From a virus: a DNA stretch of 64,000 nucleotides. Position numbers and translations under genes: made by a program. The DNA lies in the IMG/VR virus record IMGVR_UViG_3300045988_155525. The stretch is one strand, 5' to 3'. The notes beneath the pieces were generated by a model that was not told the origin of the DNA, searched no databases, and was given only the letters and a program-made list of their open reading frames with translations. Below are positions 10,054-19,507 of the stretch, piece after piece. The first letter of the stretch is position 1; every line of letters starts with the position of its first letter.

Positions 10054-11266
10054 AAGTTTCAAAGATTATATCTTTACTCACCTTTTCCCATATGAATATA
10101 AGGTAGAAGATACTTATAAAGATATAAATGGGAAAGGTATATTAGAGAGATTTATAGATATATGTTCTGAGTATTTTGATAAAGAAGTTATACCAGAGAT
10201 AGATAATTTCACAGACATAATTGATATAGATAAAACACCCGGTATATTTCTAAACTATATTTGGGAATATTTTGGGTATATCCCATATGCTTATGGCGTA
10301 TTGGTAGGTGATTCAAGTTATTCTAAAGAAAATGTTTATAAATGGTTAAATGACCCAAGGAGTTTTCCTAAGGCTGATACTAGAAGAATATTAAAATATG
10401 CCATATCATTATATAAGATAAGGTGTACAGAGGATTTCTATACAGTATTGGGAAGATTCTATGGAGTAAGATTTGAATTAAAAGAAGTAGGTAGTTCTTC
10501 TGGTAATGGAGATGTAAGTACCATAGATTTGATTATAGCTAGTTATAATAATGTATACAGTACTTACGATGAAATAAAAGCTGGTTGGAGATATGGAGAT
10601 TGTTGGTCATGTATACATATGATAGCCAATATCTATATTCCTAAAGGAATGTATGATTTATTGGTGGAAATGGGTACACTAGATGATGCTAAAAAAGCTC
10701 TTATTGAGATATTGAATAAGTATTTACCTATACATGTAAAGTTTTTTGAGGATGAAGATGTTACTTTGATACCTGATATTCCTACTATATTGATTAGTGC
10801 ACCTCCTGAAATACCCTTAAACTTAACTTCAGCTACTATTAGGATATCTGGCCAAGGTGAGGATAATCCAGATGAGCCAGGAGATATTGATTTATCTCAA
10901 TTTAAATTGGAAGTACAAAATACTTCTCCTTATTTAAATACTGAATATGTATATAACATTTTTATACATGATTGGGATGGGTCATATAGTGATATAGTAG
11001 TACTGGAAATAGGACCTTCAGTTACTTGTGATTGTATTTCTATAACCAGACCAGAAGCTGGACAAACTAGGTTACATGGGTTATATGAATTTAGTGATTA
11101 TCCCAGTAGTGGTAGTTTATATTTAACTGCTTTGTTAGAAGTAGAAGGTAAGGAGTACAGAGTAAATTCAGCTTTAATGACCCCAATAGATAGACCTTCA
11201 GAATTGGTAGTTAGTATATATGATGATATTTATAGTAGTTATGAAGAAATAAAGTCTGGATATTAA
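10040..11266 (+). CDS. Baseplate/tail fibre-proximal protein (P2 gpI-like position), possible receptor-binding protein
   Basis: 408 aa, overlaps the J-like gene by 14 nt and is the last gene of the baseplate block. It contains a repeated YS(T/S)Y(D/E)EIK(A/S)G(W/Y) motif. Confidence 0.4.
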   Translation: MKSFKSFKDYIFTHLFPYEYKVEDTYKDINGKGILERFIDICSEYFDKEVIPEIDNFTDIIDIDKTPGIFLNYIWEYFGYIPYAYGVLVGDSSYSKENVYKWLNDPRSFPKADTRRILKYAISLYKIRCTEDFYTVLGRFYGVRFELKEVGSSSGNGDVSTIDLIIASYNNVYSTYDEIKAGWRYGDCWSCIHMIANIYIPKGMYDLLVEMGTLDDAKKALIEILNKYLPIHVKFFEDEDVTLIPDIPTILISAPPEIPLNLTSATIRISGQGEDNPDEPGDIDLSQFKLEVQNTSPYLNTEYVYNIFIHDWDGSYSDIVVLEIGPSVTCDCISITRPEAGQTRLHGLYEFSDYPSSGSLYLTALLEVEGKEYRVNSALMTPIDRPSELVVSIYDDIYSSYEEIKSGY

Positions 11267-11279
11267 GTAGAGTAAAGAT

Positions 11280-11915
11280 ATGATAATGTTCCTAAAACCA
11301 TTGGTAATCCAACAAGAAAATAAAATGTTAGATGAAGCAGTAGACCAAATTACAGAGTCATCCATTAAGTTAGCTGAAGCTACTGCTAATTATGGTGCTC
11401 TAAAGATTGTATTTAGCATCTTTATAGTGTTTATGATTTTGATAGTTATATTATTCATCTATCAAATTATAACATTTACTAAGAAAATAGATACAATACA
11501 TACTGCTGCAACTAGAACTCAAGAATATTTTGAAGGAGTATCAGATAGTAGTATAGGTGATAATGAAGCTCAGGTTATAATTAGACGTAGTATGAATAGC
11601 CTATGTCAAAGTATAAAATATTATATACTAAGGATAAGGCTAGAAAACCATATAGAAAATAAAATTTTAATCGAAGATAAGGTTGATAGAGTAGTAAAAA
11701 ATGAATTTTCAGAATTAACTAATTTCTTAGGTAATTTTATAAATAATGAAAAACAACTTTCTGGAGTTGTAAATACAGAAGATATAGATGTTATAAAACA
11801 GTTTGTATTAGAACAAGTATATATACCTAAATCAGAGTTTACTATCTCTAATATGGACCAATCCACCTCTATATTGATAAATGGTTTAAAATTGAATTAT
11901 ATAAAGAATCTGTAG
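11280..11915 (+). CDS. Single-pass membrane protein adjacent to endolysin (holin-like role possible)
   Basis: 211 aa with a hydrophobic segment LKIVFSIFIVFMILIVILFIYQIITF. It ends 1 nt before the amidase gene. Confidence 0.55.
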   Translation: MIMFLKPLVIQQENKMLDEAVDQITESSIKLAEATANYGALKIVFSIFIVFMILIVILFIYQIITFTKKIDTIHTAATRTQEYFEGVSDSSIGDNEAQVIIRRSMNSLCQSIKYYILRIRLENHIENKILIEDKVDRVVKNEFSELTNFLGNFINNEKQLSGVVNTEDIDVIKQFVLEQVYIPKSEFTISNMDQSTSILINGLKLNYIKNL

Positions 11916-11916
11916 T

Positions 11917-12507
11917 ATGAGGAATTTAGTTATAATATTAGACCCAGCCCATGGTTCAGATGTAGCTGGTAAATCCTCCCCTGATGGTACACATAAAGAA
12001 TATATGTGGAGTAGAAATATATGTAATTCATTAGCTAAACAGTTGGAAGATTTAGATTTCAGAGTGGAATTTACAAATACTTCTGAATTAGAGATAGGAT
12101 TATCTAAGAGGAAGCAAATAGCTAACAATATAAAGATAGAACCTAACCAAAGTAAATTATTACTAACTCTACACAATAATGCAGCAGGTATGGGTAATAA
12201 TTGGTGTAATGCTAGGGGCTATGAAGTATTTACATCCTGGGGTAATACCAATACCAAATCCAATGTATTTGGGAAAATTCTTGTAGATAATTTAAAATCT
12301 TCATTCCCCACCTATAAGTATAGAGGTCTTAAAGAATCCAATTTTACAGTACTTATGGGTGATTACTATGCTTTATACATCGAGTGGTTATTTCAGGATA
12401 ACAAAGAAGATGTACGATTATTAAAAAATGATTTAGTAAATGATAGGTTGGTAGTTACTCTGGTAAAAGCTATAGTAGAAATGGATAATATTAATAACCA
12501 ATCATAG
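11917..12507 (+). CDS. N-acetylmuramoyl-L-alanine amidase (Amidase_3-type endolysin)
   Basis: VIILDPAHGSDVAGKSSPDG...EYMWSRNICNSL...LLLTLHNNA matches the Amidase_3 zinc-amidase pattern. Confidence 0.7.
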   Translation: MRNLVIILDPAHGSDVAGKSSPDGTHKEYMWSRNICNSLAKQLEDLDFRVEFTNTSELEIGLSKRKQIANNIKIEPNQSKLLLTLHNNAAGMGNNWCNARGYEVFTSWGNTNTKSNVFGKILVDNLKSSFPTYKYRGLKESNFTVLMGDYYALYIEWLFQDNKEDVRLLKNDLVNDRLVVTLVKAIVEMDNINNQS

Positions 12508-12533
12508 TAACCATAGTTGAGTTGGTTAATGTG

Positions 12534-12581
12534 GGGAGTATAGGGAAGACATTATATATGTCCAACTATACTCCCTTTTTT
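12534..12581 (+). terminator. Terminator between convergent genes
   Basis: GGGAGTATAG (12534-12543) pairs with CTATACTCCC (12566-12575), followed by TTTTTT. The loop holds a nested GACAT/ATGTC hairpin. Confidence 0.7.
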
Positions 12582-12582
12582 G

Positions 12583-13236
12583 TTAAAAATGAAAATCATC
12601 TTTAGCATTTATTAATACTGCCTTTATATGTTTTCTCATCTGTGAAATTAAGTCATGTGATTTTTTATCCTTAGGTAATTCAAAAAATTCTATCAAATGT
12701 TCAATGGATAGTTTACCATGAGCTTTTTCTACCCTTTTTTGAAAAAATATAGGTGGGTCTAACTGTGTTACAAATAATAGATATTCATCTGGAGATAGGT
12801 GTTCTTTCATATATTCATGAAATTTTAGTGATTTATTTTCTTTATTCAATACCTCCTCTGAATCATCTAGTAATTCTTTATTATTATCAAACAAAGTTTC
12901 AAGAGAAACTAATTCTTGATTAAATTCTGAAGATTTAGAATAAGCATTTCTTAAAAGTTTATTTTTATAAGTCATTAGAGAACTTAATAGGGTAGCTTTT
13001 AATCTCTCATCTTCATAATCATCCTGGTATTTGTTATATACATATAAAAATTTATCCCAAAAGTAAGATTGAATAATGTCTGGTGATACATTATATCTTC
13101 TGTAATCTATACCCTTAGTAAGGTTTCTAATCAAAGGTTTACAGAGTTTATAAAATTTTTCAAACCTATCTTTATCATAATGTGTAAATTCTTTTATCCT
13201 ATGAATTTCACACCCATAATTAACATTGTTGGCCAT
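12583..13236 (-). CDS. Putative phage sigma factor-like transcription regulator
   Basis: 217 aa and the only sizeable minus-strand gene in the first 50 kb. The N-half FEKFYKLCKPLIRNL..DIIQSYFWDKFLYVYNKY resembles sigma region 2. The C-half LSPDEYLLFVTQL...LSIEHLIEFFELPKDK resembles a region-4 HTH. It is driven by a copy of the conserved promoter. Confidence 0.4.
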   Translation of the reverse strand: MANNVNYGCEIHRIKEFTHYDKDRFEKFYKLCKPLIRNLTKGIDYRRYNVSPDIIQSYFWDKFLYVYNKYQDDYEDERLKATLLSSLMTYKNKLLRNAYSKSSEFNQELVSLETLFDNNKELLDDSEEVLNKENKSLKFHEYMKEHLSPDEYLLFVTQLDPPIFFQKRVEKAHGKLSIEHLIEFFELPKDKKSHDLISQMRKHIKAVLINAKDDFHF

Positions 13237-13260
13237 ACCATAATATTTTTTAAAGTAATT

Positions 13261-13290
13261 TTTGTTTATGCAAATATATAAATATTATCT
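13261..13290 (-). promoter_or_regulatory. Conserved phage promoter copy (minus strand)
   Basis: The reverse complement reads AGATAATATTTATATATTTGCATAAACAAA. The -7 box TATATTTG lies at 13271-13278, about 35 nt upstream of the minus-strand ATG. Confidence 0.6.
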
Positions 13291-13426
13291 ATTCTTGAGA
13301 AAAATTTATTTAATAATTTCACTCTGTATGTAAATACTGTTTATGAAGTGTGTTATATGAGAACTAACTTCTGATATGAGAAGTTCTATTATTAACTATA
13401 ATTTATTATAATTTTTTTACTTAAAA

Positions 13427-14875
13427 ATGAAAAAGAAGACAGGGTCTTTGGATAAGTTTAGTTTTTCCATAGAGTTTCAATTAGAAGTATTAAGATTTTT
13501 TATACAAAGTAAAGAATCTTTAATGGTTATATCAAAAATAAAACCTGGATATTTTACCCTTATAGAACATGCCCTTATAATGGAAGGTTTGTTGAGATTT
13601 TATAAGAAATATCATAAAATACCGGGAGAACCATTATTGATAGAATCTTGTAAAAACTTATTAGAAGGTAAGGATTATGTTAATTTAATTACCAAGGATG
13701 ATATACCTAATCTAAATAAGATTATTAAGAACTTATATGAATTCCCCTTGAAAGATGAGTCAATTATCCAAGAGAATATTTATAAGTTTTCTGCTTATAT
13801 AGAGATGAAGTCCCTTAATGAAACCATGGATTTTTCAGATTTTAATCTCTATGAAGCTTATCAAAATAAAGTAGCTAAGATTATCCATAATTCAAAACCC
13901 ATAAAAGATGAAGAACCATTGATGATGGTTAATGGTACAGTTAGAAGGCAATTAATGAGAAAAATTGACCCAGATATAGTACCTACTCCATATTGGCAAT
14001 TAAATAAATTATCTAATGCTAATGGTTATTCTAGAGGTAGTATATTCGTATTATTGGATAAACCGAAGGCTAAGAAAACCTTTGCTTTAATAAATATAGC
14101 AAGGGGATATCTTGCTATGAAAAAGAATGTACTGTATATAGATACAGAAAATGGTAAAAACCAGATAATGGAGAGGATGATTCAATCCACTCTAAATAAA
14201 ACCAAAAAGGATATAATGTCTGGGGAGTTTGATAAGATGGAACAGAAACATATGAGAAAATATAAGAGGTTGGGAGTAGAATTTATAGTAGAAAGATTAC
14301 CAGCCTTAGTATCAGATGCAAATTCCATTAAGTTTTTGGTACAAAAATTAGAGAGTGAATTAGGTATAAAGGTAAATATATTAGTTATAGATTATGCAGC
14401 TAAATTGGCTTCAATAGCCAAGGATAAGGAAGATATATCCCGTATAAATAATGTATATATAGAATTGGATAACTTGGGTTCAGAATTAAAATTAGATGCT
14501 ATATGGACAGCCCAACATATAACTAGAGAGGGGGCAAGACATAAACCTACTAAGTATGAAGATAATGATATAGCTTCCTCCATATCCATAGTTAGGAATG
14601 CTCAATGTATATTAGGTTTGAATTCTACAGAAGAAGAGGAAGAACATAATATACAAAGATTAGAGGTAGTTGTTCAGAGGGATGGTAGACCAAGTGGTAG
14701 GTGTTTATTTAACATAGATGCAGATAGGCAAAGATGGAAAGAATTTTCTAAAGAAGCCAGAAGTAAGTATGATGAAACTCAAGGTAAAGTAGTTGATAGT
14801 TTAATTAAGAAGCATAGTAAATCTAACCCAGTTGCTGATAAGAGTAAAGCTGGGAATAAAAGTGGTGATATATAA
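13427..14875 (+). CDS. Replicative DNA helicase, DnaB/T7 gp4 C-terminal family
   Basis: 482 aa with a RecA-like core: degenerate P-loop LLDKPKAKKTF, Walker B ILVIDYAAKL, then WTAQHITREG. A primase gene follows. Confidence 0.65.
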   Translation: MKKKTGSLDKFSFSIEFQLEVLRFFIQSKESLMVISKIKPGYFTLIEHALIMEGLLRFYKKYHKIPGEPLLIESCKNLLEGKDYVNLITKDDIPNLNKIIKNLYEFPLKDESIIQENIYKFSAYIEMKSLNETMDFSDFNLYEAYQNKVAKIIHNSKPIKDEEPLMMVNGTVRRQLMRKIDPDIVPTPYWQLNKLSNANGYSRGSIFVLLDKPKAKKTFALINIARGYLAMKKNVLYIDTENGKNQIMERMIQSTLNKTKKDIMSGEFDKMEQKHMRKYKRLGVEFIVERLPALVSDANSIKFLVQKLESELGIKVNILVIDYAAKLASIAKDKEDISRINNVYIELDNLGSELKLDAIWTAQHITREGARHKPTKYEDNDIASSISIVRNAQCILGLNSTEEEEEHNIQRLEVVVQRDGRPSGRCLFNIDADRQRWKEFSKEARSKYDETQGKVVDSLIKKHSKSNPVADKSKAGNKSGDI

Positions 14876-14878
14876 CAT

Positions 14879-15838
14879 ATGGCTACAAAATTAACTAATA
14901 ACTTCAAAGGTAAGTTACATCAATATTTCATTCTAAAGATAAAGGCTTATGATTATAGGAATGGGTGGATGAAGTCTAAATGCCCATATTGTGGTAGAGA
15001 AGGTAAATTTGGTATAAATTTGTTCATGAATAGAACTAATTGTTTTGTGTGTGGTAATCACCCATCCCCTATGCAATTAGTTATGTATTTAGAAAATGTT
15101 GACACATATAATGAAGTAATAAATATACTAAATTCTTCTAAATATGAGGGCTTTATATTTAAAGAAGAGAAAATAGAGTTACATGAACAAAAAGAGATAT
15201 TCTTACCAGATGGTTTCAAATCTTTATTGGTAGGTAATTCTATATTAGCAAAATCAGCCAGAAATTATGTTAAGAATAGAGGTTTTGATATAAGTAAAGT
15301 TGCTATGGCTGGTTGGGGGTATGGAACTAAAGGTAAATATTTTGGCTACTTAATTATACCTTTTTATGAACATGGAAAACTTATATATTACAATGCTAGA
15401 TTATTTATAGGTAATGGTCCAAAATATAATAATCCAGAAGTTTCTAATACCGGGTTAGGAAAATCCTTTATTATATATAATAAAGACGCTCTTTATATTT
15501 ACAGGACAGTTTATATATGTGAAGGAGCTATAAATGCTGAAACTATAGGAGAGAGAGGGATAGCTTCTGGAGGTAAAGCTATATCTAGGTATCAGATTAA
15601 TGAAATCATAAAATCCCCAGTTGAGAGAGTTATAATTCTATTTGACCCAGATGCTAAAGATAGGGCTATAGATTTAGCTTTTAAACTCATTAATTTCAAA
15701 AAAGTAAAGGTTATATTTTTACCAGAGGGTAAAGATGTAAATGATATTGGTAGAAAAGAAACCATGAAATTAGTATATAATTCACATTATCTCACCTATT
15801 CACAACTATTAAAATTAAAGACAGATTTGAAATTGTAA
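14879..15838 (+). CDS. DNA primase (zinc ribbon + TOPRIM)
   Basis: CPYCGREGKFG...CFVCGNH forms a zinc ribbon. ICEGAINAETI and ILFDPDAKD are TOPRIM acidic motifs. Confidence 0.75.
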   Translation: MATKLTNNFKGKLHQYFILKIKAYDYRNGWMKSKCPYCGREGKFGINLFMNRTNCFVCGNHPSPMQLVMYLENVDTYNEVINILNSSKYEGFIFKEEKIELHEQKEIFLPDGFKSLLVGNSILAKSARNYVKNRGFDISKVAMAGWGYGTKGKYFGYLIIPFYEHGKLIYYNARLFIGNGPKYNNPEVSNTGLGKSFIIYNKDALYIYRTVYICEGAINAETIGERGIASGGKAISRYQINEIIKSPVERVIILFDPDAKDRAIDLAFKLINFKKVKVIFLPEGKDVNDIGRKETMKLVYNSHYLTYSQLLKLKTDLKL

Positions 15839-15839
15839 G

Positions 15840-16682
15840 ATGAGATTACCAGGGATACATATAAGTATAGATACTTTTAAAGAGATAATTAATAAATTGG
15901 ATATCAATATATCTGATAAACAGATTATGGATATATTTAAGATGGCTAGGGGGTATTCCTTTGACCATCGTTCTGTTATAATTAATCAAAATAAGAAACT
16001 TACTAACCAGGTAGTAAGTAGGGTAAAATCTTCTACTAGAGATGCTAACCTATTAGCTGATATAATATATTCAGTTAGGACAAAAATGAAACATGTGGGG
16101 GTATTTAAAATAAAACAAACAGATACACAGTGGACTCATATAAAAGAGTTGGTACCCATTATAAATGATTTTTGTAATAAATATGATTTGAATAAACGGG
16201 AGGGGTATATATGTTTTGTTGAAACTGGTCTAAAACTTTTAGCTTCTACCAAAAGAGCTAATTTTAATTTTTGTGTTAGTTGGATGTTACAAAAGGTGGA
16301 TTGGATTTTAAAGGTGTATGACATAGAAAATTTAATAGCTAAGGATAAATATCCTCAAGAAACTAGGGAGGTACATGATATATATGTAAATAGGATATTA
16401 GAAATGACTGGTATCCCTAATAATTATATTAATAATTCTTCGGATTATTTTAATTTCCTGAAGGCTAGAGAATTGGCAGATAAATTAGGTGTGGATTATG
16501 AAACTTTTATAGAATCTCAATTTGAAGCCTTAGCTTTTTGTAATGGAATCCCTAATATATCTGATTTATGGGGAGATAAGGCATCCCAAAGATTGTCTCA
16601 ATATGTATTTAAAAATGGTTTAACTTTGACACCTGAATCCAAGAAGGTAACTAAGGATATTTGGGAAGATTTTAAAAAGTAG
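15840..16682 (+). CDS. Hypothetical protein (replication module)
   Basis: 280-aa ORF, 1-nt spacing from the primase gene. Confidence 0.65.
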   Translation: MRLPGIHISIDTFKEIINKLDINISDKQIMDIFKMARGYSFDHRSVIINQNKKLTNQVVSRVKSSTRDANLLADIIYSVRTKMKHVGVFKIKQTDTQWTHIKELVPIINDFCNKYDLNKREGYICFVETGLKLLASTKRANFNFCVSWMLQKVDWILKVYDIENLIAKDKYPQETREVHDIYVNRILEMTGIPNNYINNSSDYFNFLKARELADKLGVDYETFIESQFEALAFCNGIPNISDLWGDKASQRLSQYVFKNGLTLTPESKKVTKDIWEDFKK

Positions 16683-16687
16683 AAAAA

Positions 16688-16864
16688 ATGATTACCCTAT
16701 CAAAAAAAGAATTAATAGGTTTACTTGAAGATTTTCTAGTTGAGAATAATTTGTGGGATGAATTTTATGATTTTTGTGTATACAGAAAGAATATTGATTT
16801 TGATTCCACAGGGTTGGTTGAACCCATAAAAATTAGTTTACCATATGATGATAATAACAATTAA
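16688..16864 (+). CDS. Small hypothetical protein (58 aa)
   Basis: ATG at 16688 opens MITLSKKELIGLLEDFLVENNLWDEFYDF...YDDNNN. It fills the gap and overlaps the next gene's start. It is below the ORF-track length cutoff. Confidence 0.3.
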   Translation: MITLSKKELIGLLEDFLVENNLWDEFYDFCVYRKNIDFDSTGLVEPIKISLPYDDNNN

Positions 16865-18341
16865 GAATGCTAATCAATGTGAAGTTGATGGGCCATTAAA
16901 AGTAGTCCATAAACTGTATAATGAGTTTAAGATAAAACATCCAAATGCTTGGCATATACAAATGTATCAAAGGGGTAATAATAAATGGGATGGTTATATA
17001 AAGTACATAAATGATTATGGTATATTTAGGATTGGATTATTACCTAAAGTATATGAAACTTTAATATCCTGGGGTGAAGAAGTTAAAATAATTGATAGAA
17101 GACCTAAATTGAGTATAGAGCCAAATATACCTAAATCTCTTGGTTCTATAGATTTATACCCAAGACAGATTGAAGCCTTGAATAATTTATTGAATAATAA
17201 AGTTGGAGGTACCCCATTTTTAATATGTGTAGGAGATTACGCAGTAGGTTTTGGTAAATCTTTACTATTCTGTGCTATCCATGAATCATTTCATAGACAA
17301 ATTCCAACTATATTGTTATTAAACGATTCTGATTTATTTGACCAGTTTAAAAGAGAGATTCCACCATTACTACCCAATGAGAATATTGCTTTCATAAGAG
17401 GAGGTAAAGTATCTAGTTGGGGTAATTTTAATGTAGCTATGGTTCAATCTGTATCTCAGAATTTAAATAAGTATGCCTATGAGTTAAGTAAAATTGGTAT
17501 AGTTTTAATTGATGAAGCCGATATTATAGATAATAAAACTTATAAATCAGTAATAGAACACTTATATAATACCAAGGTAAGAATAGGATTAAGTGGTACC
17601 ATATATATGGATAATTCCAAGAAAAATATGGTACATAATATGAATATAATGCAGTTTATAGGCAATAAAGTAGACCAAGTAAAGTTATCAGACCAGATAA
17701 AAAATAAGAAAGCTACCCCTGTAGTAGTAAAGATGGTTGTTTCTCATATAGAACCTAAAAAGAAAGTAACTACATATTTAGAAGAATATGAGAGTATTAT
17801 TAGTAATAATATTGAAGCGTATAAGATTAGTTTTACTAGGACACAATATAATATTAAGTATGGTAGACTTCCAGCATTAATTGTTACTAAGCATATAAAT
17901 CATTGTGAAAACCTTTATAAATATTATAAAGAAAGGAGTGATGAATTGGGACTGGGATTTAGTATAGCTTATGTACATCATAAAACACCTAATAGAGAAA
18001 AAATATTAAATGATTTTAGAAATGGTAATATAGATATACTTATATCCACAACCATAATTTCTAGAGGGAAGAATTTCCCAGATTTAAGATATCTACAAAA
18101 TACTGCTTGTATGGATTCCAATGAAAAATCTATACAAATATTGGGTAGGTTAGTAAGACAATCTTCATCTAAAAACAAAGCTTATCTTGACGATATAGTA
18201 TTCCCAGGTCACTATTTATTAAGACATAGCAAACATAGAAAGATATACTATCAAAGAGAGAATCTAAAGGTTATTTTAGTTGATGGTATAAAGAATAGGA
18301 AAACTAAGTCATTTAATAAAGTAGAAAGCCATGAAAAATAA
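16845..18341 (+). CDS. Superfamily 2 DNA helicase (DEAD/DEAH-like, ResIII + helicase C)
   Basis: Walker A GFGKSLL, Walker B LIDEAD, LSGT motif III, and the C-terminal ISRGKNFPD...ILGRLVRQ helicase motifs. Confidence 0.75.
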   Translation: MMIITIKNANQCEVDGPLKVVHKLYNEFKIKHPNAWHIQMYQRGNNKWDGYIKYINDYGIFRIGLLPKVYETLISWGEEVKIIDRRPKLSIEPNIPKSLGSIDLYPRQIEALNNLLNNKVGGTPFLICVGDYAVGFGKSLLFCAIHESFHRQIPTILLLNDSDLFDQFKREIPPLLPNENIAFIRGGKVSSWGNFNVAMVQSVSQNLNKYAYELSKIGIVLIDEADIIDNKTYKSVIEHLYNTKVRIGLSGTIYMDNSKKNMVHNMNIMQFIGNKVDQVKLSDQIKNKKATPVVVKMVVSHIEPKKKVTTYLEEYESIISNNIEAYKISFTRTQYNIKYGRLPALIVTKHINHCENLYKYYKERSDELGLGFSIAYVHHKTPNREKILNDFRNGNIDILISTTIISRGKNFPDLRYLQNTACMDSNEKSIQILGRLVRQSSSKNKAYLDDIVFPGHYLLRHSKHRKIYYQRENLKVILVDGIKNRKTKSFNKVESHEK

Positions 18342-18498
18342 AAGGGTTAAAAAATCAGACAATAAGGAGAAGATGTTTAAACAAGGGAAATCTAATGCTT
18401 GGCATTATACCGATAGGTACTTTGACCCAGAAGATTATAAAGAATTTGAGGAAAAGTATGGGGTACTAAGTCATTTCTCACTTCCTTTAAAAAAGTAA
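18331..18498 (+). CDS. Small hypothetical protein (55 aa)
   Basis: The ATG overlaps the helicase stop (ATGAAAAATAA). Sequence MKNKRVKKSDNKEKMFKQGK...SLPLKK. It is below the ORF-track cutoff. Confidence 0.25.
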   Translation: MKNKRVKKSDNKEKMFKQGKSNAWHYTDRYFDPEDYKEFEEKYGVLSHFSLPLKK

Positions 18499-18566
18499 GT
18501 TTAGAGTGATTAATGTACATAATAAATAAAGAATATACAATTTATTATCAATAAATTGAAGTTGAT

Positions 18567-18965
18567 ATGCCTCGTAAAAAACAAGAATTACCTGATTTAA
18601 GTAAAACTAATATACTTAAACCAATTACATTAGATATGATAGGTTCTAATGGTGACCCATGTTTTGGTAAGAATTATGATTTATCTACCGAAGAATGTAA
18701 AATATGTGGAGATTCAGAATTATGTTGTATTAAGTTTTCTAATTCTCTTGGTAAAACTAGAAAGGAGTTAGAGAAAGAGAATATCTATAAAGATTTAGAT
18801 ATCTTAATAGATAAAACTGCAGCTAAAAAAATGTTTAGAACTTTAAAACGTAAAGGTGAGGATAAAAAATCTATAATAGATAAATTACAAAAGAAATTTG
18901 AGTTAACCAGACAAGAAACTAGGCTTTTATATAAAGAATTTTCAAATAAAAGTACCACTAAATAA
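18567..18965 (+). CDS. Hypothetical Cys-rich/basic protein
   Basis: 132 aa with DPCFG...CKICGDSELCC as a possible zinc-binding cluster and a basic helical C-half. Confidence 0.6.
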   Translation: MPRKKQELPDLSKTNILKPITLDMIGSNGDPCFGKNYDLSTEECKICGDSELCCIKFSNSLGKTRKELEKENIYKDLDILIDKTAAKKMFRTLKRKGEDKKSIIDKLQKKFELTRQETRLLYKEFSNKSTTK

Positions 18966-18975
18966 TATATCCATT

Positions 18976-19497
18976 ATGTCAAATTTATTATTTACAAAAG
19001 TAAGGAATGTTAAGGCTCCAGAAAGAGCCCATATAGAGGATGCTGGTATAGATTTTTTTGTACCAGAATTTGATTATAACTTTCTTAAGGATTTTGAAAA
19101 TAAGAACAGATTAACTACTAAATCGGGTATTATAAATTCTACTGAGATTTTGGTAGCTCCCCATGATAGAGTATTGATACCTAGTGGTATAAGGGTAATA
19201 CTACATCCAGGTTCGGCTTTAGTTGCCTTAAATAAATCTGGGGTAGCCACTAAAAAGGGTTTGTTGGTAACTGCACAGTTAATAGACCCACAATATACTG
19301 GGGAAGTACATATAGGGGTATATAACTCAGGTGATGATAGTCAGATTATAAATTGTGGAGAAAAATTAGTACAGTTTATCCATATACCAATTTTTAGTTC
19401 AATACCCGAAGAGTTAGGTTTTGAAATATATGAACAATATATTTCAAAAATGGGTTCGGATAGAGGAGATAATGGGTTTGGTTCAACTAATAAATAA
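18976..19497 (+). CDS. dut: Trimeric dUTP diphosphatase
   Basis: AGIDFFVP, SGIRV, LIDPQYTGEVHIGVYN and the C-terminal RGDNGFGSTNK match dUTPase motifs 1-5. Confidence 0.85.
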   Translation: MSNLLFTKVRNVKAPERAHIEDAGIDFFVPEFDYNFLKDFENKNRLTTKSGIINSTEILVAPHDRVLIPSGIRVILHPGSALVALNKSGVATKKGLLVTAQLIDPQYTGEVHIGVYNSGDDSQIINCGEKLVQFIHIPIFSSIPEELGFEIYEQYISKMGSDRGDNGFGSTNK

Positions 19498-19507
19498 AGT
19501 ATAACAT

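Noticed and set aside
8072-18178. Short antisense ORFs 8072-8272, 11621-11866, 11886-12176, 14392-14589, 16136-16324 and 17978-18178
   Set aside because: Each is embedded antisense in a well-supported + strand gene. The sizes (62-96 aa) are what chance produces, and the composition is not protein-like.
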